Part shown: piece after piece, positions 1-8,779 of the stretch
Layout: each line of letters opens with the position of its first letter
Position numbering within the stretch: the first letter of the stretch is position 1
NCBI GenBank assembly: GCA_016840085.1
Contig: JAEOTA010000070.1
Location: 1-16,154 of the forward strand
Direction: 5' to 3'
Length of the DNA stretch: 16,154 bases
DNA from: Promethearchaeota archaeon
GTDB lineage: Archaea; Asgardarchaeota; Lokiarchaeia; Sigyniarchaeales; SOKP01
Program-made: the position numbers and the translations under genes
The notes under the pieces: generated by a model
The model's input: the letters and a program-made list of their open reading frames with translations, nothing else
What the model was told of the DNA's origin: nothing
Databases searched by the model: none

Positions 1-737
1 GGACAAAAGCAGAAATTTCAATAGACATGTATTCTGTGTCAGAAACATTTAATGTAACTGTTAGTTTGATAAATGATACATGGGGCGAATATACAATTAA
101 TTGGATTAATAGACCTGTGCATAGAGATGTAATTACTACTTTTACAGTAGCCGAAGGCAAAATCTATAAATTCGATATTACTGATTATATAGAAGGAAGA
201 AATGATATATCTATTTGTCTTAATGCATCAAATTATTTACAGAATGGATATGTCCAAGGAAATTCAAAAGAAGGAGCTTATTCTAGTGAAGATTATCCTC
301 AATTAATTTGGACATATCCAGAAACTGCTGAAATAACTGTCACAAGCCCTAAATCTTCTGATGTCTGGGAAGATGTTAACTACTATGATATAAAATGGAC
401 ATCTAAGGGTCTAATCGAGTATGTAAAAATAGAATTATATAAAGGCACTACTTTTATAAAAGAAATCACTTATTTGTTTGGCTATACTGAAAATGATGGG
501 GAATATGAATTCTATGTCTCAAGTTCAGAAAATTATAAAGGTACAGATTACAGAATAAAAATCATGGATTATGACGATTCAAGAGTCTATAACTATAGTG
601 ATTATTTTTCAATTAATGAAGAACCCCCATCTGACGGAAATGGAGAGGTTGCAATCCCTGGATATAATCTATTAATAATTATCGGTATGGCTCTTGGAAC
701 TGGTATTTTTCTAATGAAAAAATTAAGATCTAAATAA
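1..737 (+). CDS. Secreted/surface protein, 5'-partial: DNRLRE/CBM96-like region, Ig-like (Kre9/GPI-anchored-type) domain, Loki-CTERM-type sorting tail
   Basis: Frame is open from nt 3 (TKAEISIDM...), so the gene probably starts before the window. W-x-E-x-T-I-N-W-x-N-x-P, FDITDY and SKE...YPQL fit DNRLRE-type domains. ITVTSP...IKWTS...VKIELYK...DYRIKI...SDYFSI is Ig-like. The C-terminus is IPGY, a hydrophobic helix, then KKLRSK. Confidence 0.75.
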   Translation, partial: TKAEISIDMYSVSETFNVTVSLINDTWGEYTINWINRPVHRDVITTFTVAEGKIYKFDITDYIEGRNDISICLNASNYLQNGYVQGNSKEGAYSSEDYPQLIWTYPETAEITVTSPKSSDVWEDVNYYDIKWTSKGLIEYVKIELYKGTTFIKEITYLFGYTENDGEYEFYVSSSENYKGTDYRIKIMDYDDSRVYNYSDYFSINEEPPSDGNGEVAIPGYNLLIIIGMALGTGIFLMKKLRSK

Positions 738-738
738 A

Positions 739-753
739 TTTTTTTTCTCTTTT
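739..753 (+). terminator. Oligo-T terminator
   Basis: T8-CTC-T4 immediately after the stop at 737. Confidence 0.5.
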
Positions 754-925
754 ATAAATTTGGATTAATTTGTAAACCTTTACTTGAGTTATAGATGTAA
801 CAACACCAACCCTTCTGATTCAATTTTCCCCATGAAAATTCACCTGGGTTTTGTCATCTTATAAATTCTAAATAGGTGAGTCTTCCTTTAATTATTAGAA
901 AAGGATAAAGAGAAATGCAATTATA

Positions 926-1315
926 ATGTATGAAGAAAATTATCAGACAAAAGGTATTGAGACTAAAAGTCTTGAAGAATTATATGAAAGCTTATATAAA
1001 AACTCAGAGTTACCTGGAAAAACTCACGGATTCATGTATATTATACGTTCTGTTGATGAACAAGGAAATTTTACCGATACTCGTTGTAAGATCGGAGAGA
1101 CAAGTAAGAATGTCGATGAATACGTAAAGCGAAGATTAGATCCTAGAAATCCATATAAATTAACAATTCTTGGAGAAATAAGAGGAGGAGAATGGGAGAC
1201 AATTTTTCATATAAGATACAGAAAATACCACATCCATCATGAATAGTTTGAGTTTGTTGATGAAATGCTTGAATTTATTAGACTTTTAGAAAATAAAGGT
1301 TATAGAGTAAGATAA
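926..1315 (+). pseudogene. T5orf172/MUG113-type GIY-YIG-like protein with in-frame TAG
   Basis: GFMYII...KIGET...RRL...NPYKL...E-x2-FH motifs. TAG at 1244-1246 sits where the family's EWF Trp is expected (HHE*FEFVDEMLEFIRLLENKGYRVR, TAA at 1313-1315). Confidence 0.7.
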
Positions 1316-1320
1316 ATAAA

Positions 1321-1563
1321 ACGTTTAAGTCAGAAAAAACTAAGTCTGTTCGATATATATTTAACTTGGGAATCATATCAAGACAAAAATAGTCATTAAG
1401 TCCACTGGTTGCTCTAATTTTCAGACATTTTTGATAAAAATGATTATATTTCCTGAAATCCTTTCTAAAATCAAGAAATAGAGATTTTCCATTGTCTTGT
1501 ACTAATATTTTATTGCCTCCAATCGTATTAGTCCCATCATAAATATATAGTTATTGAAGTCAT
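1321..1563 (-). pseudogene. 5' fragment of an RNase J-like metallo-beta-lactamase-fold nuclease
   Basis: ATG at 1563 gives MTSITI, then a frameshift in an AT run, then YDGTNTIGGNKILVQDNGKSLFLDFRKDF...IPKLNIYRTDLVFSDLNV. IGGNK...FLDF(G) is the typical N-terminus of this family. Similarity ends before any HxHxDH motif. Confidence 0.7.
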
Positions 1564-1658
1564 GTTTTTTTCATATTTGGAATAATTTATTACCCAATTA
1601 TTGCTGTATATATTTAAACAGATTGCTTCAGATGTTCTAGACAATATTATAATAATTC

Positions 1659-1928
1659 TTATATCTTTTTTAATTTATTAACCCCATCAATATTTTCCCA
1701 TGTAAAATCTGGATCCATTCTGCCAAAATGTCCATATGCGGCTGTTTTTTTGTAAATTGGACGTTTTAAATTCAGATCACTTATTATTACTCCTGGTTTA
1801 AAATCAAATGTTTTTAAAACTCCATTATAAAGTCTTTCAATAGATATTTTTTCTGTTCCAAAACAATCGATATCAATTGATAAAGGTTCAGCTTCTCCAA
1901 TAGCATAAGAAACTTGAATTTCACATTT
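1659..1928 (-). pseudogene. metK: 3' fragment of bacterial/eukaryotic-type S-adenosylmethionine synthetase
   Basis: A frame not in the ORF track reads KCEIQVSYAIGEAEPLSIDIDCFGTEKISIERLYNGVLKTFDFKPGVIISDLNLKRPIYKKTAAYGHFGRMDPDFTWENIDGVNKLKKI*. There is no start codon and an in-frame TAG lies upstream at 1970-1968. Confidence 0.92.
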
Positions 1929-2200
1929 CCCAAAAACTTCTCTTTTTGTTTTCGGAGTTGTTTTGCTCTATAATCGTGATGAAAGACCTCATTCCTTATT
2001 TTTGGGCACACTTTATTTAGGAGATTTTCGATTTTATTCGAATCGCCTATAATTTGATATTTAGCAAATACTTTGACAAAATTACAAAATGAGAATTGTT
2101 CATTTAATATAGTTATTCTACAAGGACAAGGGCTAAAATTCTCATAACAAATATCAACATTATGCTTATTACAATATTCATCAATTTCCTCGAAATTCAT
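1814..2200 (-). CDS. Hypothetical protein, probably truncated; the last ~38 codons read out of frame through the metK relic
   Basis: ATG start and protein-like first ~90 aa. From ~1928 it overlaps the metK fragment in another frame. Confidence 0.4.
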   Translation of the reverse strand: MNFEEIDEYCNKHNVDICYENFSPCPCRITILNEQFSFCNFVKVFAKYQIIGDSNKIENLLNKVCPKIRNEVFHHDYRAKQLRKQKEKFLGNVKFKFLMLLEKLNLYQLISIVLEQKKYLLKDFIMEF

Positions 2201-2306
2201 AAATGTTCAATTAAAGAAAAAAAATTCATAATTAAATATTTTTCTATTTTTTTATATGTTATATGTTCTAAAATAATATAATAGTAGTATTAAGATTAAG
2301 TCTAGT

Positions 2307-2686
2307 TCAAATAATGTTAAGTTTTTTTCTGATTTCTTCTGTATCTTCAAAGATCTGCCATTTAGCAACGAGATCATTTTCAATTGTTGCAGTCCATATT
2401 GCTGGCCCGTCTAAAGGTTCGTATGAACATGTAGAATAACCAATTAAAATAACATAATTATCTTGTGATTCAACTCTGGTAAAAATATTCGGTAATCAGG
2501 GAAATCCTCGAAAAAACTCACCCAGTTTTTAGTTATCAATTCTTTTCCCTTTTCAACTCTTCCAGGAATATCGATAAATGTAAAGTCTTCTGGCATTAGG
2601 CTAGTAAGCCCTTTTATATCTTGATTATTAATATATTCATTAAACTGGAGAGCAGTTAACTTTGGATCTATTTTATTCATAATCAT
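2307..2686 (-). pseudogene. SnoaL/NTF2-like protein with a 1-nt frameshift
   Basis: FNEYINNQDIKGLTSLMPEDFTFID...W-x2-FF-x2-FPDY, then after a shift at ~2490: NIFTRVESQDNYVILIGYSTCSYEPLDGPAIWTATIENDLVAKWQIFEDTEEIRKKLNII* (TGA at 2309-2307). Confidence 0.8.
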
Positions 2687-2718
2687 ATTCTTTTTTTATC
2701 TGATAGCATAAAAATTTT

Positions 2719-2779
2719 TCATTTTTCAATAAAACCCATATAAGAATAAGCTCTTTTTTGCTGATATTTCTTAAGAATC
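2719..2779 (-). repeat. Diverged second copy of the last 61 bp of the ParB-like gene (partner 3343-3403)
   Basis: 55/61 identical by manual alignment. Encodes ILKKYQQKRAYSYMGFIEK* versus ILKKNQQKRTYAYIGSIEK*. Confidence 0.9.
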
Positions 2780-2919
2780 TTACTTCCTAATAATTTATAA
2801 ACCATAACACCTTAAAAATAGTAAATTGTGAATCCCTATTAAGATGAACTTAAAAATCAACCAAGGGATAAAGAAAGAGGTGATGTGAAATAATATTTCA
2901 AGCAGATGCTGTTGCTATA

Positions 2920-3195
2920 TTGATTATATTGATTATGCTCTTTGGACCATTAGTTTTGATATTGTATTTTATATTTTCATGGATGAAAATGGATAATTTT
3001 TCGTTCAGGCATTATTCTTGGCAAATCGCTATAGGTCTTTTTTTGTTGATTATGGCCGGGCTCTCATTTATACTCGCATGGGGTCTAAGAGTATTTGGAG
3101 ATCTAAATCTTATTCCACTCGTGGAAGGAGTAATTATTTTAATTGTTGGGTTTACCTTCATTACTATTGGAATTGTAAATAAAATTCGATTATAA
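2920..3195 (+). CDS. Small membrane protein with about 3 TM helices
   Basis: Three hydrophobic segments. The frame is open back to ATA at 2890 (IIFQADAVAI...), just after SD-like GAGGTGA at 2877-2883, so the true start may be earlier. Confidence 0.65.
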   Translation: MIILIMLFGPLVLILYFIFSWMKMDNFSFRHYSWQIAIGLFLLIMAGLSFILAWGLRVFGDLNLIPLVEGVIILIVGFTFITIGIVNKIRL

Positions 3196-3342
3196 TCGAT
3201 TTTCTTTTTGGGGCTCCTTTTTATATCAACCATCTTTCGTTCAAAAATTATATTTTAAAGATTTCTCAATATTTCTATTTTTTTATAGGATCCTTTTACA
3301 GTTTTTTTGAATAAATGGTTAAATAAATGCTAAAGCTTATTA

Positions 3343-3789
3343 TCATTTTTCAATAGAGCCGATATAAGCATAAGTTCTTTTTTGCTGATTTTTCTTAAGA
3401 ATCATATAACGGGTATATCCGTCCATCAATTCCATATTTTCATTGTTAACAATTAAAGGTCCAATGGAACTTCCCTGCAAAAGGGATTCTTCCATTTCTT
3501 CCACTCTCAAATTCAATTCTTCTAAAAAATTATAAGAATCAGTTTTATAATTCATTAAATCTTGGCGTAGATTAATTTTATCTAAATCTACAACTAATAG
3601 TTTAAATTTCATGTCTGGTAAGAGATTTAACCATTCAATAGTCCATTGTTGATCTGGAAATTCTTTATGATCCATTTGCCATTCTTTTTCAATCCACTTT
3701 AATAAAAATGGTTTGATTTTGTACTTCTTTCCTATAACGTGATATGTAAATTTACCGCGTTTTTTATATTTAAACATTAAGTTAATCAA
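3343..3789 (-). CDS. ParB/sulfiredoxin N-terminal-domain-like protein
   Basis: MEESLLQG...GPLIV-x5-ELMDGYTRY-x-ILK resembles the PIxV...LIDGHHR motif of ParBc domains. Start is uncertain (TTG 3789 or ATG 3777). Confidence 0.6.
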   Translation of the reverse strand: MINLMFKYKKRGKFTYHVIGKKYKIKPFLLKWIEKEWQMDHKEFPDQQWTIEWLNLLPDMKFKLLVVDLDKINLRQDLMNYKTDSYNFLEELNLRVEEMEESLLQGSSIGPLIVNNENMELMDGYTRYMILKKNQQKRTYAYIGSIEK

Positions 3790-3827
3790 AACTTGAATTA
3801 TTATAAAGTGTTATATTTATTTATTAA

Positions 3828-3959
3828 ACAAAAATCGCAGTTCTGGTAATTTTTGGATTACTATTTTTACTTCCATTTGTTAAAATCTCTAGAGTACAAC
3901 CTTCTTATGTTGGAATACAAGAAGGTGAAGAATATGATTGGGAAACACTCAACTTATAA
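3828..3959 (+). pseudogene. Startless N-terminal relic of a secreted protein
   Basis: TKIAVLVIFGLLFLLPFVKISRVQPSYVGIQEGEEYDWETLNL*: a signal-peptide-like segment plus YVGxxEGxEYxW, bounded by stops and without a start codon. Confidence 0.45.
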
Positions 3960-4092
3960 GTTGATATTAAATAAATTTGTATTTTTCTGTTTACCATCTA
4001 CTGATTAAAAAAGATATTTTACATATACCTCATATATTATTATAAAAAAAATTAAAATCTTCTTTTTTCTTAAAAAGAATTCAGAAATCTCA

Positions 4093-5784
4093 ATGTTTTT
4101 GTCTAGAACAATGAAGAGTAAAAGAATATTTAATCCCCAAAGCGAGAGAAAGAAGTTTTTATGGGTTATTTATATTCTTATTCCAATGTTTTTAGTTACT
4201 TTAGGATTTTTGTTTATTTTTGGAAATTTAACACAATCAAAATATGGGATTAGTGAACAGGTAAAAGGGCAAATTATAGGGCTTGTTAGAGAAGCAACTG
4301 AGGATTATTTTATTGACAATTTAGGATGTAACCGTAGCGATTTGGAGATGGAAAGAGATTGGGAAGTTGAGATAATTATTTACCACTTGGGGCAAATAAA
4401 GGAACGAGGGATTGGAAAGAATACAACACTATCTATATCATTAGAAGAAGCAACAAGAAAAGCACTTGATGGCAGCCTAAATGATGAAATGGTTAAAGGT
4501 TCACGATTCGTAATTTCCTTCTTATCTCCTATTGTACACTCATTCACAATATATGGTAGGACAGGATATGAGCTTATCGAAGGTTTAGTCGCAATTCGTC
4601 AATTGGATAAAGAATTAATTAGCCAGAGAATTGAACAAGCAAAAGATTATTTGTTTCGAATAATAGATAAGAAAAATTACGGAACTCATAAATATTATTA
4701 CGCTTTAGATGATAACTTTGAGAAAAGATTGCATACAATTTACACATCTTCAGTTATTTATTCACTTCTAAAGATTTATGATTATAATAAGGATGAGAAT
4801 ATTTCTCAATATGTATACAATAGTGGTGAATTTATTCTTTCTATGCAAAATAAAGATATTGATAGTAAGTGCTATGGTGCATTCCACTATTCTTTTTATT
4901 TGGAAAATAAAGTAAAAGAAAATTATTTTGTTGTTGGAACTACTTCGAAAACTATATTTACATTATTAGAATTATATAATCGAACTGGAGATAATAAATA
5001 TTTAGAATCAGCAAAATTGGGTGCGAATTGGTTGCTTACAATGCAAAATCCAGATGGAGAGATAATATCTTGGTTGAAAAATATAAATAATGGTTGGATT
5101 TACTCAACAAAAGAATCTTATCTCTATACTGGTCAGGTCCTTTCGGCTTTATCTAGAATCTATAAAGTAACTGAAAAACAGGAATATTATAATGCAAGTC
5201 AAAAAATTGCCCAACATTTCGCAGAGATAATCGAAGAAGAAGGCTATTACTTGGGAGATGATTATCGACCACCTAATCCAATCTCAAGTTCTTGGGTCAT
5301 GCTTTCTCTTCTTGATTTTTATAAAATAAGTCAGGATGATAAATACAAAGCTATAGTTATTAATTGTAGTGAATTTCTTATTCATAGGCAAAAGACCACC
5401 AAAGAAGATCTGCTCAATTTTGGACGCTGGACAGGATCATCTACTACAAGTGGAAACGGTTGGTTATGTGAAGTTATGGTAGAGATTTATAAATTCTACA
5501 AAGAACAGAATATAATAGGATACGAGATTTATAAAGAGAACATAATAAAATCAATAATGTGGCTTATCCAGCATAGTTATTCAGAAAAAAATTCTTTTTT
5601 CATAAGAAATCCTGAAAGAGCAAATGGAGGACTAATTTGGTGTTTTGAAAATGGGGATATAGAAGTAAGAACTGATTCGGTCTGTCATGGAGTTAATGGA
5701 TATGTCGGGATTATAGATGATCTAGAAGATGGAACATTAATATCAATTCCCCAGAAATCTTTTGAAGAAATGTTGAATGGATAA
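4093..5784 (+). CDS. Membrane-anchored protein with a possible AMMECR1-like N-domain and an alpha/alpha-toroid (six-hairpin glycosidase/prenyltransferase-like) domain
   Basis: N-terminal TM. Repeated LxxxYxxTxDxKYLESAxxGAxWLLxMQNPDG-type helical hairpins. C-terminal RTDSVCH. Confidence 0.6.
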   Translation: MFLSRTMKSKRIFNPQSERKKFLWVIYILIPMFLVTLGFLFIFGNLTQSKYGISEQVKGQIIGLVREATEDYFIDNLGCNRSDLEMERDWEVEIIIYHLGQIKERGIGKNTTLSISLEEATRKALDGSLNDEMVKGSRFVISFLSPIVHSFTIYGRTGYELIEGLVAIRQLDKELISQRIEQAKDYLFRIIDKKNYGTHKYYYALDDNFEKRLHTIYTSSVIYSLLKIYDYNKDENISQYVYNSGEFILSMQNKDIDSKCYGAFHYSFYLENKVKENYFVVGTTSKTIFTLLELYNRTGDNKYLESAKLGANWLLTMQNPDGEIISWLKNINNGWIYSTKESYLYTGQVLSALSRIYKVTEKQEYYNASQKIAQHFAEIIEEEGYYLGDDYRPPNPISSSWVMLSLLDFYKISQDDKYKAIVINCSEFLIHRQKTTKEDLLNFGRWTGSSTTSGNGWLCEVMVEIYKFYKEQNIIGYEIYKENIIKSIMWLIQHSYSEKNSFFIRNPERANGGLIWCFENGDIEVRTDSVCHGVNGYVGIIDDLEDGTLISIPQKSFEEMLNG

Positions 5785-6005
5785 AATAAAATTTTTCCTA
5801 TTATTTATTAAATTCAAGCTTTTGTTATATAGCTTTTTGTAATTACAAATAATTAATGGATAGATAATTCTTTAAATTTAAAAGAAAAGGTAACAATGTT
5901 TTAACTTTTAACAACCAATCTTAATAAAATTAAAAGATTTAAAGAATAAATTATTACTCACTAAAATACAATAAAAAAATTCAAAAAAAAATATACAAAT
6001 TAAAG

Positions 6006-6941
6006 GTGAGTATAATACCTTATTTCGAAAAAGATAACTTACGATTATATTATAAGGATGTTGGAAAGGGAGAACCGATTATTACAAATCATGGGTTAAT
6101 GGAAGATGCAAATTATTGGAGTGAGACGGGTGTCACAGCAAAATTAGTAGAAAACGGATATCGAGTAATCTCTATAGATATGAGGGGGCATGGTCGAACA
6201 GTAATAAAAGAGGAACCGTACGGATATGATGCAGACACTATGGCATCTGATTTTGATGCTCTTGCTGATTTCTTAGGTATTAATAAATTTCATTTATTAA
6301 GTCATGCAACTGGAGGGATGGTGGCTGTACGTTACGGAATGACTAGATCTGAACGACTTTTAAGCCTTATGCTGACAGATACAGGTTCAAACACCCTTGT
6401 AGAAACTCCTGATTATAGAGAATTTACGGAGGAGGAAAAAGCAGAGAGAGATATGAGAGCTGAACAGTGGGAGAAGGCAACCGATGAACAAAGAGCACAA
6501 TTAAGAGAACTATGGATTGCTAATGATCTGAAAATGACTATTGAGGATAGAATGGCTGAAATTCGGCGTGAACCTGGACCATATTTATTTAAAATGGCTG
6601 AACGCCCTGAAAGTGATAAATTGTTTAAAATCTATGAAGGATTTTTACGACGTCATGATCGTAGGGCTGTTTTAACTTTTTTGACAAATTTTTATACGGA
6701 TCCTGACCCTAGAATTGAAGGGCTCAGACAGATTAATTGTCCAACTCTCGTCTTACTTGGAGAATTTGACATTGTCTTTTTAAAACCAAGCGAAATTATG
6801 GTAAAAGAAATTCCTGATGTAAGGCATGTGCTATTAGAAGGTCTCGGTCATATGACAGCTATCGAGGATCCTGATCGAACAATAAAAGAGATCCTTGATT
6901 TTCTTGAAACTGTTAAACAAACTGGAAAAGCAAACAAGTAA
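6006..6941 (+). CDS. Alpha/beta-fold hydrolase with an atypical nucleophile elbow
   Basis: HGL, DMRGHGRT, SHATGG elbow, PTLVLLGEFD and GHM motifs. Confidence 0.9.
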   Translation: MSIIPYFEKDNLRLYYKDVGKGEPIITNHGLMEDANYWSETGVTAKLVENGYRVISIDMRGHGRTVIKEEPYGYDADTMASDFDALADFLGINKFHLLSHATGGMVAVRYGMTRSERLLSLMLTDTGSNTLVETPDYREFTEEEKAERDMRAEQWEKATDEQRAQLRELWIANDLKMTIEDRMAEIRREPGPYLFKMAERPESDKLFKIYEGFLRRHDRRAVLTFLTNFYTDPDPRIEGLRQINCPTLVLLGEFDIVFLKPSEIMVKEIPDVRHVLLEGLGHMTAIEDPDRTIKEILDFLETVKQTGKANK

Positions 6942-7039
6942 GATAAGCTGGTTTTATAAAACATTACAATTTAAGACGATTTTTCTATTTTTTTACTTAT
7001 TGAAAAAAAAAGGAAAACTAAAAATATAATTAGGGCTAA

Positions 7040-7399
7040 TTACACAAATGACATAAAAATTCCACCATTTTTTCTAGTTTCCATGATTAGCTCTAGATAT
7101 CTCCTAGTCTCAATTGGCATAGTATCAGAAAGATCAGAAAGTTTGATTCTCCCTGCCTCCATACCATATTTATATGCCTTTTCTAAATCTACATGGTCCT
7201 CAATATAATACACTTTTGTTTTTTCTTTTTTTTGTCTTTCATCAAAGTAATCTTTCAATTCTGATACCGCACAAGGACCATTTACAATAAAAGGACCAGG
7301 ATGTTTATCTATTTCTTTAGTATCATGCCCCTTTCCAAAAATAATTGCATAGGGTCTAATTTTTTGGTAGGGTTTAATTACGGGATTATTAACAAACAT
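7040..7399 (-). pseudogene. Probable C-terminal remnant of a larger protein (weakly DUF362 C-terminus-like)
   Basis: YAIIFGKG...PFIVNGPCA. Its apparent start overlaps the start of a PfkB relic on the other strand, leaving no promoter space. Confidence 0.35.
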
Positions 7400-7535
7400 G
7401 CCCCTAGAGAAAATTCCTTATTTTGCGAATGCTGTTTCAGCCCTGAAAATAACAAAAAAAGGTGCAATGAATATCCCTAGTCGGTTAGAAGTTAAAAATT
7501 TTATGAAATCTAATAAAACCTTAAATAAAAAATAA
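7398..7535 (+). pseudogene. 3' fragment of a PfkB-family carbohydrate kinase
   Basis: MPLEKIPYFANAVSALKITKKGAMNIPSRLEVKNFMKSNKTLNKK* matches the PfkB terminal FANAxxAxxxTxxGA...PxxxEV motif. Confidence 0.8.
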
Positions 7536-7568
7536 CTAACGTCAGGTTTTTATATATATAAATAATTT

Positions 7569-8573
7569 TTATTTTAACAAATTCAAACATTCCTGTCTTC
7601 TTTTATCCATCCTTTGTATACCCTTAAGAATTCTTTTACGAATTTCTGGTTTCATGTATTTCAATTGTTCCATCGATTTTGCTATATTTTCCTGCAATTT
7701 ATTCATTATTATTTTTTGGTCATCAGGATCTAATGAATTTACCATTTTATAATATATCTCCATGTTTTCTTCAGGATCTTGCGGAATTCTTCCGGCTAAA
7801 AGACCCCCATCTACTAAAAGTGTCTCTCCTGTTATAAAACTACTTGAATCAGATGCTAAAAATAATGCGGCATTTGCAATATCTTCTGGTAAACCTGTAC
7901 GCCTAATTGGTTGCCCCCAGGCGAGAATTTGCTTCATCAATTCTCCCCATTTTTCAGCCGATTCACGAGATAATCCATAACCTTGCCCAAAAATACCTGT
8001 TGCTATGCCTCCTGGTGCGATTGCATTTGCTCTAATTCCAAAGATTCCAAATTCCACTGCAGCTATACGTGTAAGTTGAATAATTCCCGTTTTTGAAAGA
8101 GAATAGGGGAGTGAACCCATTCCTTGCTGAAAGCCCGCTACAGAACTTGTGGTTATGAAGCATCCTGAACCTTGTTTTTTCATAATTGGTACAGAATATT
8201 TCATGCATAAGAATGCGGCGCGAAGGTGAATAGCAATAGTTTCATCGAATTCTTCTGCAGTAATATCTTCAATTGTCCCCCCAGGACCGGGATTACCTGC
8301 ATTTGAAAATACAATGTCAAGTTGCCCAAATTTCTCGATAGCAAAATCTATAGCTTTTTTTATATCAGCTTCCTGAGATACGTCAGTATGGATGTATACC
8401 GCATTTGGACCGAGTTCTTCGGCAGTTCTCTCACCCATTTCATCCCAAATATCAGCCATCACGGCTCCTTTAGCTCCTTCTTTGATGAAAAGCTTCGAAG
8501 TTGCTCTTCCAATCCCCCCGGCAGCACCCGTAATAAGCGCTACCTTTCCATCTAATATCCCCATAATAGTCAC
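7569..8573 (-). CDS. Classical short-chain dehydrogenase/reductase with a ~70-aa helical C-terminal extension
   Basis: TGAAGGIG, SNAG, S...YSLSK, IRANAIAPG and ITGETLLVDGG motifs. Confidence 0.93.
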   Translation of the reverse strand: MTIMGILDGKVALITGAAGGIGRATSKLFIKEGAKGAVMADIWDEMGERTAEELGPNAVYIHTDVSQEADIKKAIDFAIEKFGQLDIVFSNAGNPGPGGTIEDITAEEFDETIAIHLRAAFLCMKYSVPIMKKQGSGCFITTSSVAGFQQGMGSLPYSLSKTGIIQLTRIAAVEFGIFGIRANAIAPGGIATGIFGQGYGLSRESAEKWGELMKQILAWGQPIRRTGLPEDIANAALFLASDSSSFITGETLLVDGGLLAGRIPQDPEENMEIYYKMVNSLDPDDQKIIMNKLQENIAKSMEQLKYMKPEIRKRILKGIQRMDKRRQECLNLLK

Positions 8574-8779
8574 ATCTTGATATTTTAAAAAATATTTATG
8601 TTAAAGATATAATCTTTAATCTACTAAAATATATTTTTAAGAATTAAAGGTCTCATAAGTTATAAAAATTCTTAAAATATTCTATTAAATAACCAATTAC
8701 CTAAAAAATTAAATTTCAGAAACAATTTTATTTACTTGATTTTAGAACGTATTCAGTAATAACAAGAATCTAATAAATC

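Noticed and set aside
1244-1246. Pyrrolysine or alternative genetic code
   Set aside because: TAG terminates other genes in the window, and the position expects Trp, one base away.
760-4090. Integron-like cassette array
   Set aside because: Genes are in mixed orientations and I could not identify attC-like repeats or an integrase.
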